From Vicugna vicugna (lineage: Eukaryota), in the NCBI GenBank assembly GCA_013265495.1, contig MU061168.1, positions 372,001 to 436,000 of the forward strand: DNA of 64,000 nucleotides, in the 5' to 3' direction. The position numbers and the translations under genes are program-made. Shown in pieces: positions 49,185-61,089 of this stretch (positions are counted from its first letter, which is position 1; each line of letters starts with the position of its first letter). Below the pieces are notes generated by a model. That model was not told the origin of the DNA, made no database searches, and saw only the letters and a list, made by a program, of their open reading frames with translations.

Positions 49185-49365
49185 ATGGAATCAAGTCCCC
49201 TGCACTGCGGACTCTGCACCCTGTCAGATCTGATGAAACCCACAGACCCTTTTCTCCAAAGGAAATGCACATATGCTCATACTCACACACACACACAAAT
49301 TCACATGCGATTGGGTGGTACTCAGAAACCCTCGGAAGCTGGGATCAGCCCAAGGATCCCAGCTC
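49185..49365. mobile_element. hAT-Charlie-like MITE
   Basis: atctgatgaaacccacagacccttttctccaaaggaaatgcacatatgc...cacaaattcac. Confidence 0.45.
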
Positions 49366-50420
49366 AAAGCTCCTTCTCTGAGCAGAGCTCGTCTGTTCTT
49401 ACGCTGTAATCACCCTGCTTTGTTTGTAGGTAAATGCAGACCTCTAGGCCACTCTGATGATTCTACTTTCAAGCAGGTGAAGGGTTGCTCCTCTTGTAAA
49501 TAAAGCTGTTTACCCAAGTGCTAGAGAGCCTCATGCCCACGGATCAAGCCAAGGAAACTTCAACCCTGCAACATCTGAACGATCTCAGATTCAACGAGAC
49601 TTGGACTGGGGGGTCGTATCTTATGCGGACTGTGTCTGCCCAAAATAGATTCTGTCTGCTGGGGCCCTAGGTATCCAGAGTTACAGGCTCATATTTTGAG
49701 GGGAAGATCTAGGTGGGAAGAAGTGAGCAGTCAGGGTTGACAGGGCTGGAACTCGGTGAGAGGGGAAAGACGCCTTCTAGGTCCGTCTCCCCACCTCTAG
49801 GACCTATAATATCATCAGTAGTTCCCAGGCTGATCTCCCAAGCTCTGAGACCCTGCAGGGAAAAATTCTCTTAGCAGCAACAAAGAATTCTAAGTGTAAT
49901 CTAAAAATTCTGAGTGTAACAGCCTCTCCCCACCCCCCACCAAAGGCTGGCAGCAAACCCTCCTCCTCACCCTGACGGCAGGGTCAGAGTTGGGGTACAT
50001 CTTTCTGCTCACCCTGTATGCTAAGTGTTGCTCAGTGCCTGGCCCACCATAGGTACTTACTAAATACATACTGGAGTGTTGTATAATTGATGTTCCGTAT
50101 CTCCCTGCCATGGATTCAGGATCATCTCTGGAAGTGACAAAGAAGAAAAGCAATTGAAAAAACCCTCCCTTCCCCTTGCAGGTCACACGTCACCTCAGTG
50201 CATCTTCAGACGTTCCTCTCCCTTACCTGAGTATCCACAGACACAATCCTCTAGCCGGCTTATTCGTGTACCAGCTGACTTGCTGCAGGACAGTCCTCTG
50301 CCCACAGCTAGTGAGGTCCTTGGGGGTCATGTCCAGTTTCCCAGGAGGCTAAATGTCCGTTCTTTGCAGCTCCTGGTGAACCAGCAGCCAACAGACCCCA
50401 CCTACAGCCTTTCTCCCCTC

Positions 50421-50661
50421 NNNNNNNNNNNNNNNNNNNNNNNNNNNNNNNNNNNNNNNNNNNNNNNNNNNNNNNNNNNNNNNNNNNNNNNNNNNNNNNN
50501 NNNNNNNNNNNNNNNNNNNNNNNNNNNNNNNNNNNNNNNNNNNNNNNNNNNNNNNNNNNNNNNNNNNNNNNNNNNNNNNNNNNNNNNNNNNNNNNNNNNN
50601 NNNNNNNNNNNNNNNNNNNNNNNNNNNNNNNNNNNNNNNNNNNNNNNNNNNNNNNNNNNNN
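50421..50661. other. N-run (241 nt)
   Basis: Flanks not assignable to a repeat. Confidence 1.
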
Positions 50662-51094
50662 CCTGCTCAAATCAGGGGTTTGAAATATAAGTTCCTTTGG
50701 GGATAAAAGTCGGATCTTATTTAAGTTGAAAATGAATAAAAACTTTCACGGAAAGAATAAACTCCACCAACAGAAATAGGCCATCTGATAACTGTGATAA
50801 CCACCAAAAATCGTTAGTTACAAATCAGAAGCATTTTGAACAAAAATGATGCCTGTGGGCTGGGAGACTGGCTGAGCCCTGGAAGTTCACAGTGCTTTGA
50901 AATCACCTGGGAAATCAGCCCAGACCAGGGGGACTAAGCACCCACCACCTTGCACTCTGGTATTGGCCCCACCCCAACTCTTCCTGGATGACCTCAGTCA
51001 TGCCGCCAACCCTCCTCAGCAGACCCTCCTCTAACCCTCCTTGGTCTCCTCAACAGCAAAGTAGGATTGATACTTCATTTCTCCCCATCTTCAA

Positions 51095-51345
51095 CTCAGT
51101 TTAGCTTAACAAATATTTCCTGAGCACCTGCTGTGTGCCTGGGACTGTGCTGGTTGGCGTAGATGCAAAAATGAGCAAGACATTGTTCCTGCCATGCTGG
51201 AACCCCACCAGTAACGTATAAGAGCAAGGACAGGGAGATATCCAGGGTGCTGAAGTAAAGCACCCAGCCTGAGGCTTGGACAAAGCAGCATCTAAGACAA
51301 GACTAAGGGCTTAACAGGAGTTGGGAGGTGAAGAGGAGGGAGGAC
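51095..51345 (-). mobile_element. L2 fragment
   Basis: aacaaatatttcctgagcacctgctgtgtgcctgggactgtgctgg...cattgttcctgcc. Confidence 0.7.
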
Positions 51346-53105
51346 ATTCCACTCAGAAAGAACATCAGGAGGACAGAGAGGCAGGACATAATCTAGTGCA
51401 AGTGAGGAACATAGGTAATTTGGTCCTCTTAGAACCCAAGGGCAGAGCAGCAGGGAGGGAAAGGCGGTAAGGCTCGACAGCTGGGAAGGCAGCAGACCAG
51501 GACGCTGTGAGGACAGGGCTAAGCATATGAACTTGATCCAGTGGGTGGAAGATCACCATCTTAGAATTTCCAATATGAAAGTGACTTCACCGTTGTGGCA
51601 TCTTGAAACAATCATTTTTCCACAAAAGAATGTTATGAAAGTAAAATGAAATAAATCAAGGAAATAAGGATGAATCTAAAAACAATAATTACCATAATGA
51701 AGTTTACTGCATAAGTGACCTCACTTAAGGACAATGAGCCCCGTTAATAGTGGCCCAGAGCATAACTCTGGACAGAAGAAGAAGTTGAGGCCCTCCCAGC
51801 ACCTCTATCCATCCCAACGGCCACTGCAGACCCACTGCAGACTCATGCTTAGACCTCTTTCTTAGACATCTTTTGCTGGGTCTGGATACTGTGGTCTCCT
51901 GCATGTATCTTCATACCCACTTGACCACTTGGTGATCTGTGCCTGGTGCAGTCCATAGGATGAATTCAGTGTTCTCCAAGGCTTCTTAGCCCACCTTCAT
52001 AAAGCTCAGAAAGACAACAGTTTTTGTGTCTCGTTGAAGACACCTGAACTAGAAGGTTCCAGGAGCTATGAGAGTCAAGATTCTGGCCCAGCATAGACAC
52101 ATCTTCAGATGCACACACGTGTACACAAGATCGGTCTCAAATAGGGCATGGTTTACCACGTGTTATAATGAAATTCTAAGTTCTGTGTTAGTCATTATTT
52201 CTACCCATGGAGCTTTTAGAAATTGTACATCTTTCCAGATACAACATTCAGAACTGAAAAATAGATCAGTCACACACACACACACAAAAGCTTCTGAATG
52301 CTACAAAATCTCAGTATCTTTATTTATTCCTCTTTATTTTTTTCATAACACTCATCACAATCTGAAGATACACCTGTATCATCTGTATATTTACTCATTT
52401 TCCACCTCATACCTGCATATTTGCTCACTGTCCGTCTTTTTAACTGTGTGGGAGGAATAAGATTCTTTCTGTCCATTGCAGTAGCCTCAGAGCCTAAAAT
52501 AGTGTCTGGTCACAGTAAAATCTCAATAAATATATATGGAAGAAATGAATGAATGATAATAGTACATCAATCTTTCATTAACAGCCTTGATTTTTTTTAA
52601 CTGTTCACTACTTCACAGATTGAGGAAATGAGGCAGATTGGGGGAAAGCAAGAATGACTGACAGATTCATGTATTATATTTATTTCATTAACCCCTTTCC
52701 CCCAGATTTCCTGAGAATCCAAGATATACCAGGCATTTAAAATATCTTCAAAATTTGTGCACAGTTTTAAAAAAAATACTCAGATGTTTTCAAAAAATAG
52801 AAAGAATATTTGGGAAATCTATAGTCTTCAAAATAGAAGGTCCAGAGCTCATGCATCCTGGAATGTGAAGAGATTTCACCAAAATTACTTACTCACCCAC
52901 AAAAGCAGATGTGGGTAAGAAAGATGAAAGCTATTGATTGCCGTAAATAGCTCTCCAAATCCCTTCTTTTCGTAGCATCAATCATTTCAAAATAAGCGAA
53001 AAATTAGGAGAAAGTCCCTCGTCAGGACAGAGGATACAGTGACTTTTAAAGAACTAAAATGCCAGACAGAATTGAGAGCTTTCAACCTGAATACCAAATA
53101 GAAAG

Positions 53106-53245
53106 NNNNNNNNNNNNNNNNNNNNNNNNNNNNNNNNNNNNNNNNNNNNNNNNNNNNNNNNNNNNNNNNNNNNNNNNNNNNNNNNNNNNNNNNNNNNNNN
53201 NNNNNNNNNNNNNNNNNNNNNNNNNNNNNNNNNNNNNNNNNNNNN
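53106..53245. other. N-run (140 nt)
   Basis: Preceded by A-rich aaatagaaag; SINE-sized. Confidence 1.
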
Positions 53246-53309
53246 CTGCAAACAAAGGATGATGACAAATGAAAATGTATGGAGCTAGGGGGGTTAGGGT
53301 ACATGGGGG

Positions 53310-53495
53310 TCATCTTTATTAATGATCTAAAAGAGGTAGAGTAAACAGCATGTTAATGAAACTTGCAAATGATGCTAATTTGGGAGGTGTTGCTCCGATC
53401 ACTGTGGACAGAGAGGGAATGTAAATGAACCTTAAGTGGTAATAAATATGAAGAGGAAACAACACAATGAGATTCAAGTGGGAAAATGCAAACCC
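53310..53495 (+). mobile_element. CR1/L3 LINE reverse-transcriptase relic
   Basis: IFINDL (53312-53329) then SMLMKLANDANLGGVA (53347-53394) versus CR1 FINDL...SMLIKFADDTKLGGVA; later NTMRF versus NKMKF. Confidence 0.7.
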
Positions 53496-54257
53496 GACCA
53501 TGCCCAGTGCAATGACTCACCGCCTCCCGCCCCAGAGCTCTTTGCCCCTTGCATTTGCTGGTTGGGCTAAGGAGAAAGAATATAACCCTAACTCAGAAAG
53601 GTTTCATCTAACAAGGTCTTCCTCACTTGTGCAGTTTCCTTTCGCGGGTCCTTTAAAATTCCACAAAAGGCTCTCCCTGGATTCAGAGCAAGAGTAGTGC
53701 TGGCCCCTGGATGATGGAGCTCCATAAATTACAGTGCAGGAGAGGCTGTGAAAAGAAAACAACCAAATAATGAGGGGGAAGGGGAGATTGATTTATGAGA
53801 AATGACCCAAAGGGGTAGACTTTTGTTAATTGATGGCTAAGTGGTAACACGATAATGACCTGCTGAGATCTCCCCGTGACAAATAACCCAGGGAAAGAAA
53901 TATTTAGTACCGGAGGAGGAACTTCTTCATTCTGCCTGCCAGACAGTGCCTCTCCCTCGGGGCTACCACTCCACTGAGTTTCCCCGGGCACTGTTCTCAT
54001 GGACTTCCCCTCTGAATAGCCCGCATCTGGCCCTCCTCACCCCATCCCTGCCCCCACTAGCACCTCATCGCTGGTCATGCCCTCCTCTCTTTTGTCCCTG
54101 AGCTGATCGATAGCATGCGTGCAGGGGCCAGAGGAGCACACGCTGGAGTGGACACCCACCCCAGCAGAAGGGCAGGTCAGGGAGACTAGGTCTCAAGATG
54201 CCTTCCTCTTCTCAAAGGAGCCTCCTCCCTCTGCAAGAAAATGAATGCGATGGCTCT

Positions 54258-54286
54258 ATGCAAACAGATAATGATTGTATGCAAAT
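54258..54286 (+). promoter_or_regulatory. Composite POU/GATA/compressed SOX-OCT motif
   Basis: ATGCAAAC-AGATAA-tg-ATTGTATGCAAAT. Confidence 0.35.
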
Positions 54287-54985
54287 CGGAGCGTTGACAC
54301 CGTGTTTATTTCCCCAGCAGGTTCAGCCACCCAGATTTATGACTTCCAGCCGGAGCTCTGTCTGGGGCTGCGCCAGTGGCAGCTTGTGGGTGGAAACCAT
54401 AACAGAGGGTGTCTCAAGCTTAAGTTCAACCCAGAATCCTAGGATGTCAAGGTGGAAGGAAGCTTCGAGATGTTTATCCACTTCTTTATTTTACACATGA
54501 AAACCTAGAACTTAATAAAATTTGCTGAACATGTTTGCATGAGGAGAGGCTGCCCAAAGCCACATCACATTGTTTCAGCGGTCACTGTACTAGCTGAACT
54601 TATCAGCTCTCAGTCCACATTTTGGAGAAGAGAAACAGGCCAGGCAGGTGCAATGCTTGCTCAGGGCCACAGAGCTGGATGCTCTGCCTTGGGTCTGGCC
54701 CCCACTGGGTTCTCTCAGCACACCCAGGTCCCATCTCATCAGGTCAGAAAAGAGCCAGACACCTGGGCTGTTGACACGGCTTAGGTGATCAGACACCGTG
54801 GGGTTTCTCACAGTTCAGGGTCTCACAGATCTCTTTGGGGTCTGAATTCAAATAAGAATCTGAGGCTGCAGGGCCAGAACCCTGGTGTCACTCTAAACTT
54901 CCAGATTTGTACCGACTTTATACTTTCAGACAGCAGCCTTGTGAGTCGATGTTGAATCTCATGGCTCTTTAAAAATCTGTCCCAG

Positions 54986-55147
54986 AGGAGAGTGCATAGC
55001 GCAGTGGTTAGAGTACATGCTTAGCATGCACGAGGTCCTGGCTTCAATCCCCAGTGCCTCCATTAAAATAACTAACTAAATAAATAAACCTAATTATCTC
55101 CCTCTACAAAAAAATTCCACAAACGAAATAAATAAAATACTTTTTTT
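54986..55147 (+). mobile_element. Camelid Vic-1-type SINE
   Basis: catagcgcagtggttagag...ggcttcaatccccagt; perfect 13-bp TSD aaatctgtcccag at 54973-54985 and 55148-55160. Confidence 0.92.
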
Positions 55148-55200
55148 AAATCTGTCCCAGGATTTGCACTGGATTTGTAAGAAAGGAGAGAAGAAGCCTG

Positions 55201-55250
55201 AATTTTTTTTTTGTTTTGTTTGCTTGGTTGGGGGGAGCAGTTAATTAGGT

Positions 55251-55285
<35 letters not shown>

Positions 55286-55342
55286 TTGGCAGTACCAGGG
55301 ATTGAACCCAAGACCTCGTGCTTGCTAAGCATGCACTTCACC
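55201..55342 (-). mobile_element. Camelid Vic-1-type SINE
   Basis: gggattgaacccaagacctcgtgcttgctaagcatgcacttcaccactgagctacaccctcccc, with a (TTTA)n tail. Confidence 0.92.
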
Positions 55343-55894
55343 ACTGAGCTACACCCTCCCCACAAAAGCCTGCGTTTGGATGGGGCATCTTGTAAAGCCA
55401 GGATGTCTCTTCATTTTGCCACTTGGAAGCTCCATAGCCACTCCAGGCAGCAGGTAGCAAACCAGGGAGAGGGTTTTACAGTTCCAGAATTTCCGATTCC
55501 AGAAAAGCTCTCCTCTGTGGTGAGCTCTGGGGCCCCAGAAAATCCACTGTGGTCCTTAACAATGGTCCCTTGAAGCCAGCCGTGCAGCAGAATCAGTTGG
55601 GGTTATAAATAAGAGCCCAGAATCACACTGATCCCACAGGGATGTCTGCACCCAGGTCAGAAGGTAGCCTCTGATGGTGCTGCCCCAAGCCAAGCCAGTG
55701 AAGGCAGCAGAGACAGAAGGCCTGGAGCAGCACGCACCAGCCCTCCCTGGGTACGGAGGGAAAGCTACTTTGAGCCCTGGGTGCTCCGAGAGATGGTCAA
55801 AGGTTAACAGTATCTTCCATGGAAGTAAGCATGGGTTTGAAAATGGCCACCTCACAGCGGAGCCCCCAGCCTCATCTGCCTCGCTTCCCCCACA

Positions 55895-55995
55895 TTAGGC
55901 CCCTGGTTAGGCCCCTGCTTAGGCCATTTCAAGGTCCCTCCTATGAGGCATTTCATATATTTCATCATATTTCATATATTCATATATTTCATCAG
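55895..55995. repeat. 12-bp tandem repeat followed by a catat/tttcat low-complexity repeat
   Basis: ttaggcccctg(g/c) x2.6 at 55895-55925; catttcatatatttcatcatatttcatatattcatatatttcatca. Confidence 0.85.
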
Positions 55996-56324
55996 AAGCC
56001 ATCCATCATCCATCGAGTTCAGGGCCCCTTCTGCAATGTGCCTGTAGTCACCTCTCCAGCAGAAGCTACAAGATCCAGCCAATTCCTGGCAATAGCTTCA
56101 GATCTTGGCACAGGGATCAGTACCTACGGAATCTAAATAAATGCCCAGTGAGTGAATGGGTAGTGAAATAGCCATTTGTCCACCGTCTCTTCTCCGAACA
56201 TCCTTATCTGCTTGGCCCTGGTAAGGACACCCCTGAGGTCAGATGCACCAATGGTCAGGGATGCACACACCACAGGGAATTTCACAAGGCTTCATGACTG
56301 GGGATCACTGGCTGGGGTTTGGGG

Positions 56325-57110
56325 AAATTAGAGGACTTGAATTCTAATCTTGATGCTGCCACTTATCCCCTGTTTGAGCCTGAGCAAGTCACCTCCATTT
56401 TGAGCCTCAGGCTTCCCATCTACAAATTGGCAAAGGCACTGGAGTGAGATGCTGTTTCTACCATTCATGATACACTGCATGTCTGGTCCTTTCTCAGACC
56501 TCCCCATTTTGGAGACTGAACACCTTTTTCTGTGCCCCATCTCAGGGTTCCTTACTGGCTATGAGTTGACAAATAGAAACTGTCCACGGAAGCTGAGCTG
56601 AGACCCTTCTGAGGATACGGGGGCTGATGGCATTGGTGGGACCTCCAGTATGGTAGCTATGGGTTGAATTTCTCATATCTCCCTGGGCGGAATGAACAGA
56701 ACAACTCTCAGGTGGCCTCTTTCCCACCCCTTCTAACTGGACCCTGAAGAAGAAAGGACCTTGAACTCTGCGATGGCATCACTAGCACTTGCCTCACAGA
56801 ATCACTGCGAAGATTAAATGAGATACTACATGCAAAGCATCACGCCGATTGTGAATGATCAACAAAGATTATCTTGTGTCATTTCCTTCCCAACTTCATT
56901 TGCATGGCACACTTTCTCCAAATCCCTTCTCTGCTCTTTCCAGCACCCTTGGTCCTCTTCTCTTGTGTGTTGCACTACTGTTGTGACAGTGTTTATCTCC
57001 CCGTTGGAGCCCTTAGATTTAAGATCAAGGGCATTTCCTGGTTCCTCTTTGGGTCCCAGGTCCAGCACAGGGCCTGGCACTGGGTGGCACTCAGCACACG
57101 AAAGAAATGC
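56325..57110. mobile_element. MIR (minus, about 56325-56475), MIR (plus, about 56780-56855) and L2 (plus, about 56900-57110) fragments
   Basis: tgagcctcaggcttcccatctacaaa; gaagattaaatgagatactacatgcaaagc; cagcacagggcctggcactggg. Confidence 0.6.
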
Positions 57111-57434
57111 TTTGTCTTGAGCCTGTCTTGCTCCCACCTACTTCCCCATTTTTTATACCAGAGGAAGGTGCAGGTCTCAGAGGAGAAAGAGGAACTGGCA
57201 TTTTGGTTATCCAAACGGTACTTACTCGATGCGTTCACATACCTTATCTTGCTCCATGCTTGGGTGAAAGGACTTCATTACAGTCCCACACCTAGATAAA
57301 CTTAAAACCTACATCACGACCAAAGAAGATGCGCAGACAGCAAATATTCTTCTAGCAGGCACGAATCTAGTCCACAAATTTGAGGGTATTGGAAATTGCA
57401 CTCTATTTTCTGCCATTTAACTTAATTTCTAACT

Positions 57435-57730
57435 TTTCCAGGTTGGGTTTTGCTGCAAGGAACAAGTTAACCCTGAAATCTCAGTGATTTAACCCAACAT
57501 TGGTTTATTTCTCATTTATATTACACGACCAGCACACATCAGCTGCAGGGTGTGACCCTGCCATCCCAACATGCAATGGGAGAAGTAAGAAGCCGGAAGG
57601 TAACATGGGGCTTTCCGCTGCCTTTGCCCGGAAATAATTTGCATCGCTTCTACTCTCAGCTTATTGGTCAGAACCAGTCATTTGTCTGGCCTTAAGTGCA
57701 AGATGTTCTTCCTATGTGCTCAGGGGGGAA
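57435..57730 (-). mobile_element. MLT1J/K-like LTR
   Basis: gctgcaaggaacaagttaaccctgaaatctcagtgatttaacccaac...ttattggtcagaaccagtcat. Confidence 0.6.
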
Positions 57731-59949
57731 ATGAGACTTGATCTGGTCTCTCAATTACTAAGTAAACCTTAGTCCCTGGGACTATTGCCCACTCCCATAG
57801 ACTGTGATAGTTATTTCTAAGTTCTTACCCTTTGCCAAGATATTGAAGAAAGCGATCTCCACTGGCCCTTGATCATCTGTATACAACGGTCAGCAGTGAG
57901 CTGGCTATTGGCCCTGTCCGTGTGGCCCCTGCGTGACTTGCAGCTCCCTATTTCTGTCCCACGCCTGGCGCATGAGCCTCTTTCTTCAATATGGCCAGTG
58001 ATCCCATCTGTACCACACGGCTGCTTTCACTGAGACATCACTGTCTCGCCAAGGCATGGCCAAGAAGATGGGTCCAGCTCTGTGCTATTCTGGGCTCTCT
58101 CAGCCTCTTTTTCCTCCCACTCCCCAGCCTGGGGAAGCAAATTCTAGAATAAGGTTGGGGGTGAGAAGCTGCCCTCCTTGTATTTTTTCAAAAGACTTTT
58201 AAATCTATCCTCTCCCTTTAAGAATTAGGTTTCTAGAACAACGTCCTAGAAGAGTTGTTTTGCTGCCATCTGCCTTTTACTCTGTCCTAAACATTCCTTG
58301 AGGCAATAAGCAGAGCCAATATGAATAGGGAGAAGAGACAGGGGAAAATGCAAGAAGAAAAAAACCATAAATTAGAGGCTCGAAATCTTATCTGGACACA
58401 CACAAATAGCACCTTCCTGGGCTTGAAAAGGAGAGGCACTGCCCCTCAGGTCAGCCTTGGCTCTAGGAGAGGATAAGCACGTGCCGTCTGCCCCTGTGCC
58501 TGCCCGGGCCTGCAGGAGCCAGAGGCACGGTTCAGCATGGTGATTCCAGGGCAGTCTTAGACCCACAAATAATGGGAGGCCCAGAGCTCTCCATTGTCAC
58601 CGAACAGAACAGAAGACACACAACACTGACCCCATAAGCCTGGAGCTGGAAATACACAGTCAGGGTCTCCCGGAAACAACACCAGCAGCAGAAATCGTCA
58701 CACAGAGATCTCAGGTGTGTGAGCTCAGTTCCTCTGCTCAGAGAGGGTGAGGTTTTAGCTGAGACACACAGCATTAGATGCCCAAAGGAGGGAACTAAGC
58801 CGAAAAAGCTAGTACACAGGAGGCAAGGCACAAAGTCAGGGGGAGGGAGCCCCAGAAAACCTTATATCCCTTTGGTCCCTGAGAGCACTCTTTCTAGAAG
58901 AGAAAGTGGTCCCCTGCCCTCAGTGGCCTGTGACTGTCCATCAGAGGGCCCTGGGACACTGAATTCTTTCTACATGCCTGGGAAAGGGATGACCAAATGC
59001 ATAGCCACTGAGGTATTTCAGCTAAATCTGGTCTGTTATCCTCAAAGGAATTCGATTTCTTTCAAATTCACCTTGGATGGCTTAAATTCCCATATCTGTT
59101 TTATTGTTGACATGGGGTTCTGGGTGTGGCGATGGCTTTTAATGTTGCTTTGTTTACCTTAAACTCACAACTGGCTTTCATGCGGATTTAAATCGAATCA
59201 CTCTGCCCAGCAGTGCTCCTCTTTATTGTTTAAAAGCTGATCACATCTCTTTCTGAAAAGCACAGCGTACTTGTTACCCTTGCTATGAAGCAGCCACAAT
59301 TTACTGGGCTGAAAAAAAAATCAATATCTGATTGAATCCAACTCGTGTTCTTCACTGGAATTCTTACTGCTCTCAACTGACAGCCTCACATCACTGTCCC
59401 ACCCAGGCATTTACCTTCCAAATCTAGAGGGAAAAGAATCCATTTTCCAATGAATGAAAAGAACACCAAAGGAATGATTTTAAACACCAAAGAGAAATTC
59501 AGCATTACTTGAGCTGAGCAGACGATCCTTGGGTAAGAAAATAAATGACAAGTTTCAAACTAAACCAGAGGTCTATTCTATAATGCTCAGCTAGCTGGAA
59601 GAAGTCGCTGTCTGGAACCTACTACAAATTTGCTCTAAAGATGTCTTATCTCCTCTATATGTTTTTAAACACATGATCTAGAAGAACTAGCATCCCTTCT
59701 ATGGAGACATCCTTCCAGAACTCACCTGTTATAGAAAGTGGAGCTGTTGCGAACTGCTGCTGTCTCCTTTGGCCATGAATTTCAGAAAACAGAAAGAAGT
59801 TAGATTGTCATCATCTGGGTGTCTGGGTTGTGCCAGCATTGGGAGACAACCCCGAAGTCAGGCAAATTCATCTGTCCTCAGTCCCAGTTTCACTGAATCG
59901 GCAGAGGGTGGGGTGCAACAGAAAAGCAGGACTGGAGAGCTGACAAATT

Positions 59950-59953
<4 letters not shown>

Positions 59954-59993
<40 letters not shown>
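59954..59993. repeat. (GT)20 microsatellite
   Basis: Perfect dinucleotide run. Confidence 0.97.
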
Positions 59994-59995
<2 letters not shown>

Positions 59996-61089
59996 GTGGG
60001 TTGCTGAATGTGGGAAAGGTCTGAAGGAAAAGGTTTTGCTCCATCTCCCTCTGTATGTACGGAAGTATTCCCCTGAGAGCTCAGATAGGCTGAGTAGAGA
60101 GTGGAGCTAAAGGACATTGAACCAATGTGCTTCATTTCTGGCCAATCAAAGAGTCAAAAAAAGAAGACAAAAATGCATGAGGAGAGTTCCTGAAGACTCC
60201 TGACTTTTGAATGTGTATGTTAAGGCTGGGGGCAGGCAGAGGAAGAAGAATTTAACTCAGGTTGGCAAACATGGTTAAAGGCCAAATAGAGAGCCAGTGT
60301 GCTCAGGAGGTAATGTGACAGAAGTGCAGAAACTGATGGTTTCTAATTCCTGCATGGTATTTTATGCCAAGTATGCCTCATATAACTGTTGCTTAATTTA
60401 TAGTTTTTCACTCTTCTTTTTTTCTTTTCTTTTTTCTTTTCTTTTTTTTTTTTTTATCATATAAAGCCAAAGAGTAGCTCTCACCAGAGTTATATCTGAA
60501 ATGTGGTAGCCAGGACTTGAAGAGCACATTAAGACCTTCGCCACCTAGGAAGGGATCACCTATGGAGATGACTAATTCAAATTGCCTATAGATCGCTCCA
60601 GTTGGATAGATGGAGCAGGGAAAAATAATGGTAGACATTGCAAGAGAACACAGACAGAGTCTGCCAGACTACTTAAGCTGAGGTCACAGACTTGAAAGTT
60701 CAGGAGACCAAGGCAGTGAGAGTTTACAGTATCAGAGAGGAGACTGCAGCAAGAAAACACTGGAGATATGCAGAAATGCCCCTGTGAGTGTTCACCAGGT
60801 ACTAATCAGCAAATGCATGTGAAAAAATACTCTCTGAGGCTAAGAAATGAGCTTTTCAAAAAGATTAGAAGGGGCAGTATTTGGTGGTCACACGGAATGA
60901 GGAACAGTGCTTGCTCCCACCAACCAGACTGGAAAACATCATTCATGAAATAGTGGGTTGAGTACTCAGAAAGATCTTGCCTCAGTAGGGGGGAAATTAG
61001 CCCTAGGTTAAATGATGCTCTGATTTTTGTCTGATAAATCTTAAAAGCACGAATGATCAAACTGTTTCCAAATAATTTAACTGCATCTC

